Part shown: positions 52,412 through 64,000 of the stretch, piece by piece
Numbering within the stretch: the stretch's first letter is position 1
Layout: each line of letters starts with the position of its first letter
Assembly: GCA_046563655.1 (NCBI GenBank)
Contig: CM102289.1
Location: 1,860,001-1,924,000, forward strand
DNA: 64,000 bases
From: Yuukianura sp. NJ FZ-2021
Taxonomy: Eukaryota
Direction of reading: 5' to 3'
Notes under the pieces: generated by a model
What the model saw: the letters and a program-made list of their open reading frames with translations, nothing else
Told to the model about the DNA's origin: nothing
Databases searched by the model: none
Program-made: the position numbers and the translations under genes

Positions 52412-54019
52412 ATGATAGACGCAAGCATATCGGACTGTCTCGTAACGTACATTGAATTTTGGTATCGACTTGGGATAAGTCCATGCAAACTCAAAATCAA
52501 CCCAGAGACGAAGCTTTGGGAGGTCACCGGCAGTCGAATTCACAAGGTACGAATTTAATCAACAATGTTTTTTTTTTCAAGAAATTATGAACTTTTTTTT
52601 TCAGATTCTCAGCTCCTGGGTTGCTGTGATATTAACCTTGAGCATTTATTCATGGGTGCGGCACCTTACTTCAAGTGAAAACACGAAAAATTTAACCAAG
52701 CAGCTAAACTATTTTGAAAAAGCAGGCGTTTTTGGACTCTTTTTTAATGCCTGTTGCCTTTTTGTATCTTTTTGGCAAAGAGGACCTCAATTTGCAGATC
52801 TCATCAACTACAGTCAGGCGTCGGCAGCAAAAGCAACGCTCGGACCAGCACCAATCAAAAATGTGAGAAAAAATAAAAACTACATGTTGAAATATTTTTT
52901 AATTTGTGGTGGTTCTGGGGATTTTACTTTCAAATTGTTATTTTAGGGAAAGCGCAAAACCTTGGTTTTGATTTCCACTGTGACAGCTCTTTATATTGTC
53001 ACAGAATACTTGCGCTATCTGGAATGGAATTCCTGGAATTTTGCGTCCTTCTACGATGGAATGGCATTGTGGGGCTTTGGCTTGATATTTCTCGAATCTG
53101 TTAAATTTGGTACTTGGACGCGTCCTATTGGACTTATGCTGGGCATTGTAGCGAAATTCATCTTCGCTTTGTTCAGATCTGCTGGAGTAACGTTCATGCT
53201 GCTCTTAATGCTCCAAATGTATCGGCTCATTCTACATTTAGAAAAGAAGGCAAACAATATTACGGCGCATGACGTAAGTTTACAGCTTACTTTTGTTTGG
53301 TAATTAAAGTAAGATTTATAGTTAAAAATGAATTTTATTTGAAGAATTTTGATGGTTTATTTATGAATGTTTTGAATGTTTTTACAATTTGTGATAGAGT
53401 TTACAAGAATTTCGCAAATTTCGAACCATTGTTGAGTTGCTGAACAGATCGGCTGGATTGGCAGTTTGCGGTTGCGTATTTGGTGGCATTCCGACTCTTA
53501 TCAAGTGCATTCCTCAAGTAATCCAGCCAATTGGAGTCGTAATGCTCATCAACTGTCTAAGTTTTGCTATGATCCCACTTCTGTTCTTGGTTTGCGCGGC
53601 ATGGTTCAAAGCCAAAGTAAGCATAAGCCATAAATATAAATATTTTAACTTTAGGTCGAATATAATAAATTAAGTATAATTATTATTCTTGATTATGTCT
53701 TTTATTTTTACATTTCAAACGAAAATGTTTAGGCCAAGTCAATTTTCCACAACTGGATTGTCGTTAGGAAAAACTTTGTGCTATTTCAAGACAGTGATCT
53801 CGTAATGTTGGTACACGAGATTTCATCGGAGGACTTTTCTATCAAATCATTTGAGTTTATTAGACTCGACTCGTCTTTCCTCGGAACAGTAAAAAATTGT
53901 TTTAATTATATTTATAAATTTGAAAAAAATACCATGTTCAATGTATAAAATTTTGTTAGATCTGTGGATTAATCCTGACTTTCTCCGTGGTGATCATCCA
54001 ATTTGAATCTCAAAAGTAA
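52412..54019 (+). CDS. Gustatory receptor family protein, copy F
   Basis: MIDASISDCLVTYIEFWYRLGISPCKLK start, six exons, ending ICGLILTFSVVIIQFESQK*. Confidence 0.85.
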
Positions 54020-54079
54020 ATAGGTTGTTTAAATCACCTAACGTTGCAACTGGATCTCCTTCCAAGTTCCGACCTACAA

Positions 54080-56096
54080 TTCTATAGCTCCGACGAAGAA
54101 GGACGTACCTCAAAACGCGATGACGACTTGCGTTGCCAAGAAAAAACGTAAACAAAATTTAACAAGAGTCGGCAACAAAATTACCGAATTCATCTCCGAT
54201 AAATTTTTCGAAAGATTCATGTTATGATCTTTGGGTGTCTGTCTGTGTGTCATTCTGTTTGCGCGAGCTGTGTTGTATGTGCGTTGGGCTGTTAAGAGAA
54301 TGGCGACACTATTATTATAATATTATTCATGTCTGTCTGTCTGCCTGTCTGTCCGGATTAATTATCAGAAACAGGATGGCCCTGGTTTAAGAGAAATGAT
54401 CCACACCATGGTTTAAACCACGTTTTACACGAAGCGGTTTTTATCCGCACGAATCAGGTTTAAACCAACTTGAGTAAAAGGGAACAAGGAGGTACTGAAT
54501 TATCAGAAAAGTCTTGTTTTTGATAAACCAGTGTTGGATATCCACTTTTCCGACATTTCATCCACGGCTGAATATCCAGTGGAAGGAATGGACAAAATGG
54601 ATGAACCATCGCAGTCGGGGGGTTATCTACGGCTCAAGTGTTTTTAGTAGATCTACATTGCACTCAAACTCTTACATTAACAACGTCAAAGTATGCGGCT
54701 GATTCGCGTTGCAGTTTCTTAAGTCCTCAAAATTCTTGTATTAGGTCTGCATTGTACTCAAAATATTTTTAAACAACGGAGTTTTGATCTGGTCATTTTC
54801 TGGCAGTATGTTTAATTACGTTGTTAAATTAAGGCTGATCAGAGGGTAGAAACTCCGGCTTAAATGTGTAGTATGCGAACAGTGATTAGCAGAGTTCAAA
54901 TTTGCCTTTGCAAGAAATTTTTATAATTTTGATTATAAGCAAGCAATTTTCGGTTCAATAACTTATGCGCTTAATTTCACTCACTGTGCATTTTCATGAA
55001 CCGATTTTGATTTAAAGGAAGGGATATCCGACTCATTCTCCTTCCGCGTTCAAATTTGTGCATCCTGCACAAATCTCAATTTCTATATCATTATTTTGAT
55101 GCCATTTGGTTTACGCTCTTTTCGCTAATAGTACCTTGCCATAGCAACATCGACAATACATTATGTGCATCTTGCTCAATAAATTACCAACATCAATTCG
55201 GTGCAAATATTTTGGGGGTCAAAATCTGGAACATGATTTTGGTTCAATTAAATGATAGATTTGCCAACCCAATTTTGGTGCAACTCATGCACAAAATAGG
55301 ACCTTACATCCGCACTGAAAATTTTGAGCCACATGGTGCAGCAACTACATGAAAACGGTTTCTCAATTCTTGTACAGTTTTGAGGGTGGCCGGTCGATCT
55401 AAGTCGTATCAATTGTCACCTCCCTCCAGAAGACCTATGCTCAACCCTTGAGCATTGCCCTACCTTGTTTCCATCTAGTAAAAGTTTCCATTTGTGGTGC
55501 ATTTCTGCTAGTGGATATCAAATGGGAGTGGCAATTAAGCCACTACTGGACGTTTAAGCTTACAACAATGCTGTAAAAAACCAGCTCACTACTCAGAAAC
55601 TACTGGACAGGATTTAGGGTTTAGAAAACCGCTTTATTGCTGAGCTAGATTATATTCTACGGTTAAATTACTGTCGGTCTACGTCTCACTGATATTTTAA
55701 TATCACTGAAAACATCGGAAATTTTGTGAAAATTTGAAGTTATATGAGTCCGGTGCCTGTGAAAAGTGATGTGCGTATATTCGACCTTACAGAAAACACG
55801 AGTTCTCTGAATCGAATTGACATTGACTTCTGAAATAAGGTCCCGTTCCCCACTCTTGCCCTTACCTAGGTTTCCCATTCCAGCCAGCTAGGTACACATC
55901 CAGCCAGTGAGGCTGGATGTGTACTGCGACAAATTCGCTCCCATTAAATAATCTTCAGTTCTTTTTGTCAATGTCAATTGCAAATTTTCAAAGCAGTTGC
56001 AACAGTTTAATGAGGGTGCGAAACTATTTCGGTAATTTCCAAAGTTTTCGTGAATACTGTGAAAAATACTCTGCACCTTCGCTACTTTGCTAAATA
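54080..56096. mobile_element. Composite repeat, copy 2
   Basis: Same termini and outer sequence as 34622-36286. Nested element 54372-55591 flanked by ATCAGAAA / CTCAGAAA, with a different core (about 54610-55470). Confidence 0.75.
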
Positions 56097-56671
56097 CGAA
56101 GTTTTTATGGACAATTGACGTATTGTTATTTTTATCAAAACTGCATTAAACAACAAAACTGCAAAATGGCTTAACGAATTTTCAATTTAGAGGACATAGT
56201 AAAACTTGTAGAACTACACCATATTTTTCACTGGTTCCTTTTTCATAAGTTGCACAAAATCGAAATCTAATTCATATTTTAAACGTTGTCTTTTGTGTAT
56301 TAATGGTGGCCAAAAGCAATATTCTAAGTGCAGGTTAATATGTTTACGCTTTTAAGCAGAGATGAAATAAGAACGTTGGACAAAATATTTTTTGTGAAAG
56401 TGTTACTGCAAATATTTGCGAGAATTAAAGTGAGAAATTCATTTGAAAATTAGACAAACACACCCAAAAAAAAGTTAACACAAAAGGTCTTTTATAACAA
56501 CAGATGTATTACGTTGGGTTTCAGAAAATAATTTGGAAAGTCGTTTTTTTTTTTTGGAAACACAGCCAACTCATATTGTAACAACAATTTCTCTGCAGTC
56601 AATAAATATTTCGGTTATCTTTGACATTAAACGAAAGTTTTTTTGAAGCTGATAATTAGTACATTTTTAAA

Positions 56672-58615
56672 ATGATCGACGCAAACATGCCAGAGAGTCT
56701 TGCAACGTATATTGAATTTTGGTATCGACTTGGGATAAGTCCATGCAAACTAAAAATCAACAAGGAGACAAAGGTTTGGGAAGTTACCAGCAGTCGCATT
56801 CACAAGGTACGAATTTACTTCAACAATGTTACTTTTTTCATAAAATTATGAACTTTTTTTTTAAAGATTCTCAGCTCCTTTGTTGCGGTGATATTAATCC
56901 TGACCGTTTGTTCATGGGTCCGGAACGTGGCTTCTACTGAAAGACCGCAAGAGTATAAAAAACAACTAAACTACTTTCAAAAATCAAGAATTTTTGGACT
57001 CTTTTTTGAAGCCGTTTGCTTTTTGGTAACATTTTGGCGAAGAGGCACTCAATTTGCAGATCTCATCAACTACAGTGAAACTTCGGCAGTAAAAGCAACG
57101 CTCGGAACAGCCCCAACCAAAAATGTTAAAAAAACTTGAGAACACAGTTGAACTTACGTATTTCCTGTTTTGGATACACTTGTTTACTATGCGATAAGTG
57201 AAATTAATATTCTAAATACAATTTTGAAATTGTTTTTGCAGGGAAAACGGCATATTTTTATTTTGATTTGCACCGTGACGGCACTTCATGCAGTAATGGA
57301 ATTTTTGTTCTTCCTGGAAGAGTATGGTTGGGTATTTGCGTCATACTACGATGAAATGGCATGGGGAGGTCGAAGGTTGATATTTCTGGAGTCAGTTGAA
57401 ACTGGTACATGGACGGAGTATGTGCGTCATATTGCATATTTTTTGGCAATGCTAACAGAATGGGTCATGTTTTCATTCAAATCTGCCGGGGAAACTTTCA
57501 TGCTGATTCTGATGCTCCAACTGTATCAACTCATCCAACGCATCGAAACGAAGGCTAAGAATATGACAATACATGAAGTAAGCTCACATACAATTTTTTT
57601 TAAATTGGTAAATAAATATTGAACGTTTACAAAAAAAACCTTATTCAAAGGCCGTAATAAGTTTCACTATTAAGAAATTTGTAAATTCGACGTAGGGAGT
57701 GCGAGAACTGAGAAAATTTCGAACTATGGTTGCCTTGCTGAACAGAGCGGTTGGATGGGCTGTTTGCGGTTGCGTATTTGGCAGCATTCCGATTCTTATC
57801 AAGTGCATTCCCCAAGTGATCCAGCCAATTGGAGTCATCAATTACATTGACAGTATGACCTTTGCTATGATCCCAATACTGTTCTTGACTTGTACGGCAT
57901 GGTTCAAAGCCAAAGTAAGTATAAATCATAAATATTGGCATAAATTATAAATTTAGTTTGAATCAAGGTTCGTTGACAACCGAACTGTATTTCCTAGAAC
58001 AGTTTGTCCAATAACTTTGGGTTTAAAATCTTGCATCATCTCCTCCCCCCATTTTATACCCCCGGTTTTATTTATGAAAATTTTTGCAAAAAAAAAAATG
58101 AAAAACCCGAGTTATTAGACAATCTGGTGTAGGAAATGTGTTTTCTTTGTTTACGAATCTTGCTTTAAGTATTAGTATATTAAGTCTAATTATTCTTGAT
58201 TATGTACTTTAACTTTGCACTTTAAACGAAAATATTTAGGCCAAGGCAATTTTCCACAACTGGATTGTTGTTGGGAAAAACTTTGTGCTATTTCAAGAAA
58301 GTGATCTCGTAATGTTGGTGTACGAAATTTCTTCGGAGGACTTGGCAATCAAACCATTTGAGTTCATCAGCCTCGACTCGTCATTCCTCGGAACAGTAAT
58401 AGTTATTTTATTATAGTCGGACCTTTTTCTCAATCCGAAGTTTAGTGAGGAGGATATCCGTTTCCATCATACAAAACTTCGGATAGAGACAAAGGCCCGA
58501 CTATATATTTATCAAAATTTATAAAAAGTATGTTAAACTTATAACATTTTATTAGGTATGTGGATTGATCCTGACTTTCTCCGTGGTGATCATCCAGTTT
58601 GAATCACAGAAGTAG
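56672..58615 (+). CDS. Gustatory receptor family protein, copy G
   Basis: MIDANMPESLATYIEFWYRLGISPCKLK start, six exons, ending VCGLILTFSVVIIQFESQK*. MITE insertions in introns 4 and 5. Confidence 0.85.
57964..58162. mobile_element. MITE related to the CAAGGTT family, in GR copy G intron 4
   Basis: CAAGGTTCGTTGACAAC start and ...CGAATCTTG end, with inner inverted TTGTCCAATAACT / AGTTATTAGACAA. Absent from the equivalent intron of the paralogs. Confidence 0.65.
58412..58505. mobile_element. About 90-bp hairpin MITE with TA duplication (Tc1/mariner-like signature)
   Basis: TATAGTCGGACCTTTTTCTCAATCCGAAGTTT pairs with AAACTTCGGATAGAGACAAAGGCCCGACTATA. Absent from intron 5 of the paralogs. Confidence 0.8.
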
Positions 58616-59348
58616 TCCAATGCAGGTTAATCTCTTTGGCGTCCCTGAGCTTCAACTGTCGTATTATTGTTGTTAGCAAAATTGAACCTCTTTACTTATA
58701 TAAATATTTCAAAAGCGTATCTTTAATTCCCTTCGTGTGAATACATTTGTAAATACTTCCACTTAAGTTGAATATAAGCACTGACAAGGTTTGTAAACAA
58801 AAAAAATAGTTTTTCTTCAACAGGTTAGGCAATAACTCAAGCGTTTTAAATTTTGTTCAAAAATTAGCAAAACTTGGTTCACCATGCCTTCCTATGGTAA
58901 TGATTTATATGCAATCAAATGGGATTGGGCGAAAATTGGGCGAAAAAATTGTTTGGAGCGAATTTTTTCTTAAACAGGACTTATTGCCAAACCTCTTAAA
59001 GCATTTCGTTGCTATAGTAACCTTGAGCACTGATGCGTTTTGTTGGAGTGGTGGGTCAAAAATTCATAACGACAATAATTGTCGTTACGACGTTGAATCA
59101 AAATTATTTTGATTTGCAAGCAAATTTCCTACATGTTTTTTGAAGGTTGTACCAAACCCATTTTTTTTTAAACTTTTACAAATGTTTTAATTTTTTAAAG
59201 ATTCTTAACGGTCAAGAAATCAAAGCCCTCCAGCATGACTATTGACTTTGGTTATTTCGAATTTAAGAGAATTAAAACATTCTTTTCTTAGTGTAAAAAT
59301 AATTATTGATGCCAAATTCTTAATAGTGTACAACAATTTCCAAGACGC

Positions 59349-61446
59349 TTATGTTAGGATATCCACAGTTAATGAAAATTTTTTGGGTTTCATCGTTACC
59401 GCAGGTTCCTCTGGTTCAAACGACACTTCCGGAGAAGTCACAACTTCAAAAGCAAACGAATCCAGTAGTCCAACGGTCATCATGAAAAGAGAAATCATAG
59501 CCATATCTTCTCCAGGACAAAATCTTCCTCCTGTGCATATTAAAAAACAGTATAATATTTTAGTTTGTTTTGAATTGATATACTTATTTGATAATACATT
59601 GTGTTATTTTTCATACCATTTCCAAACTGAACAATACGGTCTGTTTTGGTCGGATCAAGTTTGCCACTGGGAAGTAAAAATCTTTCCGGTCGGAACACTT
59701 CTGGATCTCCCCAAAAAATTTTGTCGTGGAAAACGGCATAGAAATTTTGAAACAGACACGTTCCTTTTGGAATTATGTATCCCTTAAATTCAAAGTCTTG
59801 AACAACAAGTCTTGGGAAAGCAATAGGAAGAAACGGCGCATGTCTCATACTTTCCATAATTATTGCGTTAACATACGGCATTCTAGAAAATACTGCCAGT
59901 TAATGAAAAAATGATATGAATTTTTTTTTTCAAGACTTGATTGCAAACCTTTTCAATTCACTTGAAGGAATTGGACCTGGATTTGACGTTTTGAAATTTT
60001 GAATCTCCGCGCGAGCTTTGTTTTGCACGTCAGGATAAACTCCCAAGTAAAAAATAATCCAACATAAAGCACCATTTGTTGTGTCAGCTCCAGCAAGGAA
60101 CAAATCCATCATTATAACTATCAACTGTTCCTCTAAAAAAAATTTCAAGAAAAAAGTAAATTCGAGAAGCTAAAAAAATCAAATTTTGAAATACCTGTCA
60201 TGATTTCATTCGTAGATGATTCGTTTTGCTTAATTTCGTCCAAATAAGCTTCGATAAAACTTTGAGGTTCGTGTAAACTTTCTCTTTTTTGTTTAGCGTC
60301 TTCAACAAGCTCCTGTTTAACAATAAAAGCATGATTACTTTTACTTTACATATTTACATATTTAATATTTATTATTCTGATGACCCCATTTTGTCAATTT
60401 AAAATTCTTACTTGAACGAAATTTTGAATTTCGATTTGTAAATCACAGATCCGTTTGTAGCCACTCATCTCTGGAAACATTTTCAAAAATGGAAATGCAC
60501 CCAACATATTTTTTGGACCACCACAATCTAATATCTCCGTTTGTAGTTTCAAAAGGTGTTTAATCCTTGACGAGTTGGCATCAAAACGGTATCCCCCAAC
60601 GGCTGCCCAAATAATGTTAATTTGACACGCAGCAATCCGACTTTCATCTACTTTCCAAATTCCGCCGTTTGACATTATTCCATTCTGTAAATCTGCCACT
60701 AACGCTTTCACTTCTGCTCGAATCGCGTCATCCATTGAATACTTTTTACCAAACCCATACTTTCTCAGAAGTTTCATCACCTTTTTTCGTACGTTTAAAG
60801 CTGTTTCACCTTGTCCCCAGATAATACCTACAGTAAATAGACGTTAATTAAATAATTAACCCAGTTTGAAGGAAACTAAAATTAACAACAATTGAAAAGT
60901 TGCCTAGGTTCTTGTAATTGTTCCGTTGTCGGAGAAAGTCGAAAACAAATTTGTCATTTGCTTCATAACGGCGCATTATTGCCTTCATTTGGTCAAAATC
61001 GGAAACCACCACTGCAAAAAAAAAGAAAGAAACCAACGTATGACAGTTGTAAGGAACTAATGTTTAAAAATTCGAAAGACAAGTTTGTAATTATTCTATT
61101 AACCTGCATAGTGGACTCCGAACCCAAATGACATAAGGCTACCATACTTTTCAGCTAATCCATTTATTTGTAAATGCGGATACTTCGGATTGATCTTCAG
61201 CATTTGTGGAATACTGCCAATGATTGGCCACCGAATCGGTCCTGAAACATTTTTTCGTAATTGTGTTAACTTGATTTTTGAAAATGATTGTTATAACGCT
61301 AGATTTTGGTGTTAAAGTTCCCTATTCCCTAAAAATGAAAAAAATTAATTGGTTTAACCTGGCGGCAGCTTTGATTTGTTGCGATTTACGAACATGTAAA
61401 AACCAAACAGTATTAAGGTAGCGATGACCAGCATCAATTCCGTCAT
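59349..61446 (-). CDS. Cytochrome P450, CYP2 clan
   Basis: N-terminal anchor MTELMLVIATLILFGFYMF followed by LPPGP...WPIIG. I-helix DLFLAGADTT, K-helix ESMR, WGDPEVFRPERF and spliced heme loop FGNGGRFCPGE. Stop at 59349-59351. Confidence 0.92.
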
Positions 61447-62517
61447 GACGAAGTTGGCACACAAGTCAGACTGACCTCCTAGACATCAATGTTGTGTACA
61501 GTATGAGTAACTCTGCTCACTACAAGTTAACATCAAGCACCTTGATTTATTGTTTCATGGAAATTTGTCTAGACGTTTTCGACCACGAGTTTAATTAATT
61601 TTAAGTATCAAGTTTACCTTGAGTTTGTTTTTCCTACACCAGTGATACAAATTCTATTTTGTTGTTTCTACGAATAAAAATTTTGAAATGCATTTTATTC
61701 CAATGTAGAAATAAAACTCAAACTGGATTTCAACCAGTATTTCTGCTTTAGCATTTGGCCATATGCTACCAATAGGCATAGGAAGTTGCAATTTCACAAT
61801 TGCAAAACAAGAAACCCCAATTTTACCAAAGTTGTAAGCGTTAAATCTTCTGTTTCAGATTATGAAAATTTGTTATTTGTTGGCGTGGCTAGAGAATAAG
61901 AAAAGAAAGAACAACGCTTGCTTTCATTTTACCAAAATTGGTAATATTTAACACAACAAAAGCATCAATGCGCTCACTTAGCGTCAAGTAGAAAAATGTC
62001 ATTGATAAAATTGAAAAAAAGTGTTTTTTCAAAGTGCTCAGCAAATTTTTCAACTTAAAGCACATGGTAAATAGTGGTTAACTACGACAAACCAATTTTA
62101 CACCTTTTGTTATTGTACCAAACGAAATCCAATTTGAACTTAACATTTTCCTTTGTGTATTGGAATGTTGGCTGAATGTAATATTTCCAGAACAGGTTAA
62201 CTTGTTTACGCTTTTAAACTGAAATAAAATTTGAATGTTCTGTTAACACAGAATACTTTTCCTGCAAATGAGCCTTTTACAAGCATTTTCAAAAACGATG
62301 ATGAATTATTGATTTTAAACATTAAGCAGCTACATAAAAAGACATTGCAAAACACTTTAATACATAAGTGTGCTGGGTGTCCAAATTTTTTTTTGAAAAG
62401 CCGTGTTGTTTGTTGAAAACTAGTTCAACAAATGCGCGTTTGAAGTTGAAGAATTGAATTACTTTCGAAATTAAAAAATCCGTTTTTTCGTAGTATACGA
62501 ATTAATACATTTTTGAA

Positions 62518-63984
62518 ATGATGGATGCAAGCATATCGGACTGTTTCGTAACTTACATTGAATTTTGGTATCGACTGGGGATAAGTCCATGCAAACTCAA
62601 AATTAACCAAGAGACAAAGGTTTGGAAAGCCACCAGCAGTCGCATTCACAAGGTACGAATTTACACTGACGATATTATATTTTAATGAAACTATGAACTT
62701 TTTCTTAGATTCTCAGTGTCTGTACTGCTGTGATATTATTTCTGAGCCTTTATGCTTTGGTCCGTGACCTATCGTCAACCGATGCCCCACAAAAGCATAC
62801 TGCACAACTAAATTATTTCGAAAAAGCAAGCTATTTTGGAGTATTCTTTGAAGCGAGTTGCTTTCTCGTAACTTTTTGGCAAAGAGGAGCTCAATTTGCA
62901 GATCTCATCAACTACAGTCAAACGTCGGCAGTAAAAGCAACGCTTGGAACAGCCCAAACCCAAAATGTTAAATTTAAAAAATTTCAACTATGCAATTCCA
63001 AATTTCAAAAACCGTAATTTTTCATACACTTGTGTTTGTAGGGAAAATGGAAAATTTTTATTTTAATTTTCATCCTGACGGCTGTTCATAATGTCATTGA
63101 ATTTTTGAACTCTCTGGAACGCAATTCCTGGGTATTTTCATCGTACTACGAAGATATGGCATGGTGGGCTCGTAGCTTCATATTTCTGGAATCAATTGAA
63201 ATTGATTCCTGGGCGGAGTATGCGCGTCATATTGCATTTTTGTTTGCAATAGTAGCGGAGTTTATCCTTGTTGCATTCAATTCCGCCGGAGAAACGTTCA
63301 TGTTGATCCTGATGCTCCAACTGTATCGGCTCATCATACATATCGAAACTAAGGCAAAGCATATGACACCGTATGAAGTAAGTTTAAACCAATTAGGAAC
63401 GATTTTGATTTTTTGATTGCTTAACTAACTTAACTAGATTTGAACTTAAGTTGAAATTTCAAATAATTCTTTAATCAGAAATAAGTTCCAACATAACAAA
63501 TTGCTTAAATCAACTATAGGGAGTGCAAGAACTGAGAAAGGTTCGAACTATGGTTGACTTGCTGAACAGAGCATTTGGATTGGCTGTTTGCGGTTGCGTA
63601 TTTGGTAGCATTCCGAATCTTATCCAGTGTATACCCAAAGTGCTCCAACCAATTGGACTCATAACATACATTGACAGTATAAGCTATTCCATTATACCAA
63701 TACTGTTCTTGATTTGTACGGCATGGTTCAAAGCCCAAGTAAGCATTGATTATAAATTTAGTTAGTATATTAATAAGTTACGCCTTCCTTATGTACATTA
63801 CTTTTACATTTAAAACAAATGTATTTAGGTTAAGTCAATTTTCCACAACTGGATTGTTGTTCGGAAGAACTTTGTGCTGTTTCAAGAAAGTGATCTCGTA
63901 ATGTTGGTGCATGAAATTTCTTCGGAGGACTTGGCAATCAAACCATTTCAGTTCATTAGCCTCGACTCATCGTTCCTTGGCACA
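62518..63984 (+). CDS. Gustatory receptor family protein, copy H (last exon beyond window)
   Basis: MMDASISDCFVTYIEFWYRLGISPCKLK start. Five exons visible up to ...PFQFISLDSSFLGT|gt at 63984. Confidence 0.85.
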
Positions 63985-64000
63985 GTAAGAAAAATTTATG

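Noticed and set aside
54845..54900. KCVVCEQ*LAE resembling a Buster/ZBED5-type hAT transposase zinc motif
   Set aside because: Too short and interrupted by a stop codon; it cannot be supported without a search.
59242..59787. 181-aa plus-strand ORF
   Set aside because: Antisense shadow of the last P450 exons.
59349..61446. Naming the P450 CYP15A1 (methyl farnesoate epoxidase) or the methyltransferase true JHAMT
   Set aside because: The motifs support only clan or family level; orthology needs phylogeny.

Overview
This is AT-rich eukaryotic (arthropod-like) genomic DNA with many short GT-AG introns. The gene families seen suggest a basal hexapod such as a springtail, but that is an inference. 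From left to right: (1) about 13 kb of mostly non-coding sequence containing a JHAMT-like methyltransferase gene that carries a poly-T insertion, a Helentron-like element in an intron and an orphan duplicated exon upstream; (2) three paralogous genes combining a conserved unknown N-terminal helical domain, a BED zinc finger, a FLYWCH-like C2HC finger and a MULE-like helical tail with no visible catalytic domain, which are candidate domesticated-transposon DNA-binding proteins; (3) a takeout/JHBP gene and a prostaglandin reductase 1-like gene; (4) three highly divergent 3-exon multi-pass membrane genes plus one relic, sharing intron phases (putative chemoreceptor-like family); (5) a tandem array of eight 6-exon gustatory receptor genes, interleaved with a WS/DGAT-like acyltransferase and a CYP2-clan P450 on the opposite strand; (6) many MITE or non-autonomous transposon insertions. 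All gene models were spliced by eye, so exon boundaries need confirmation.
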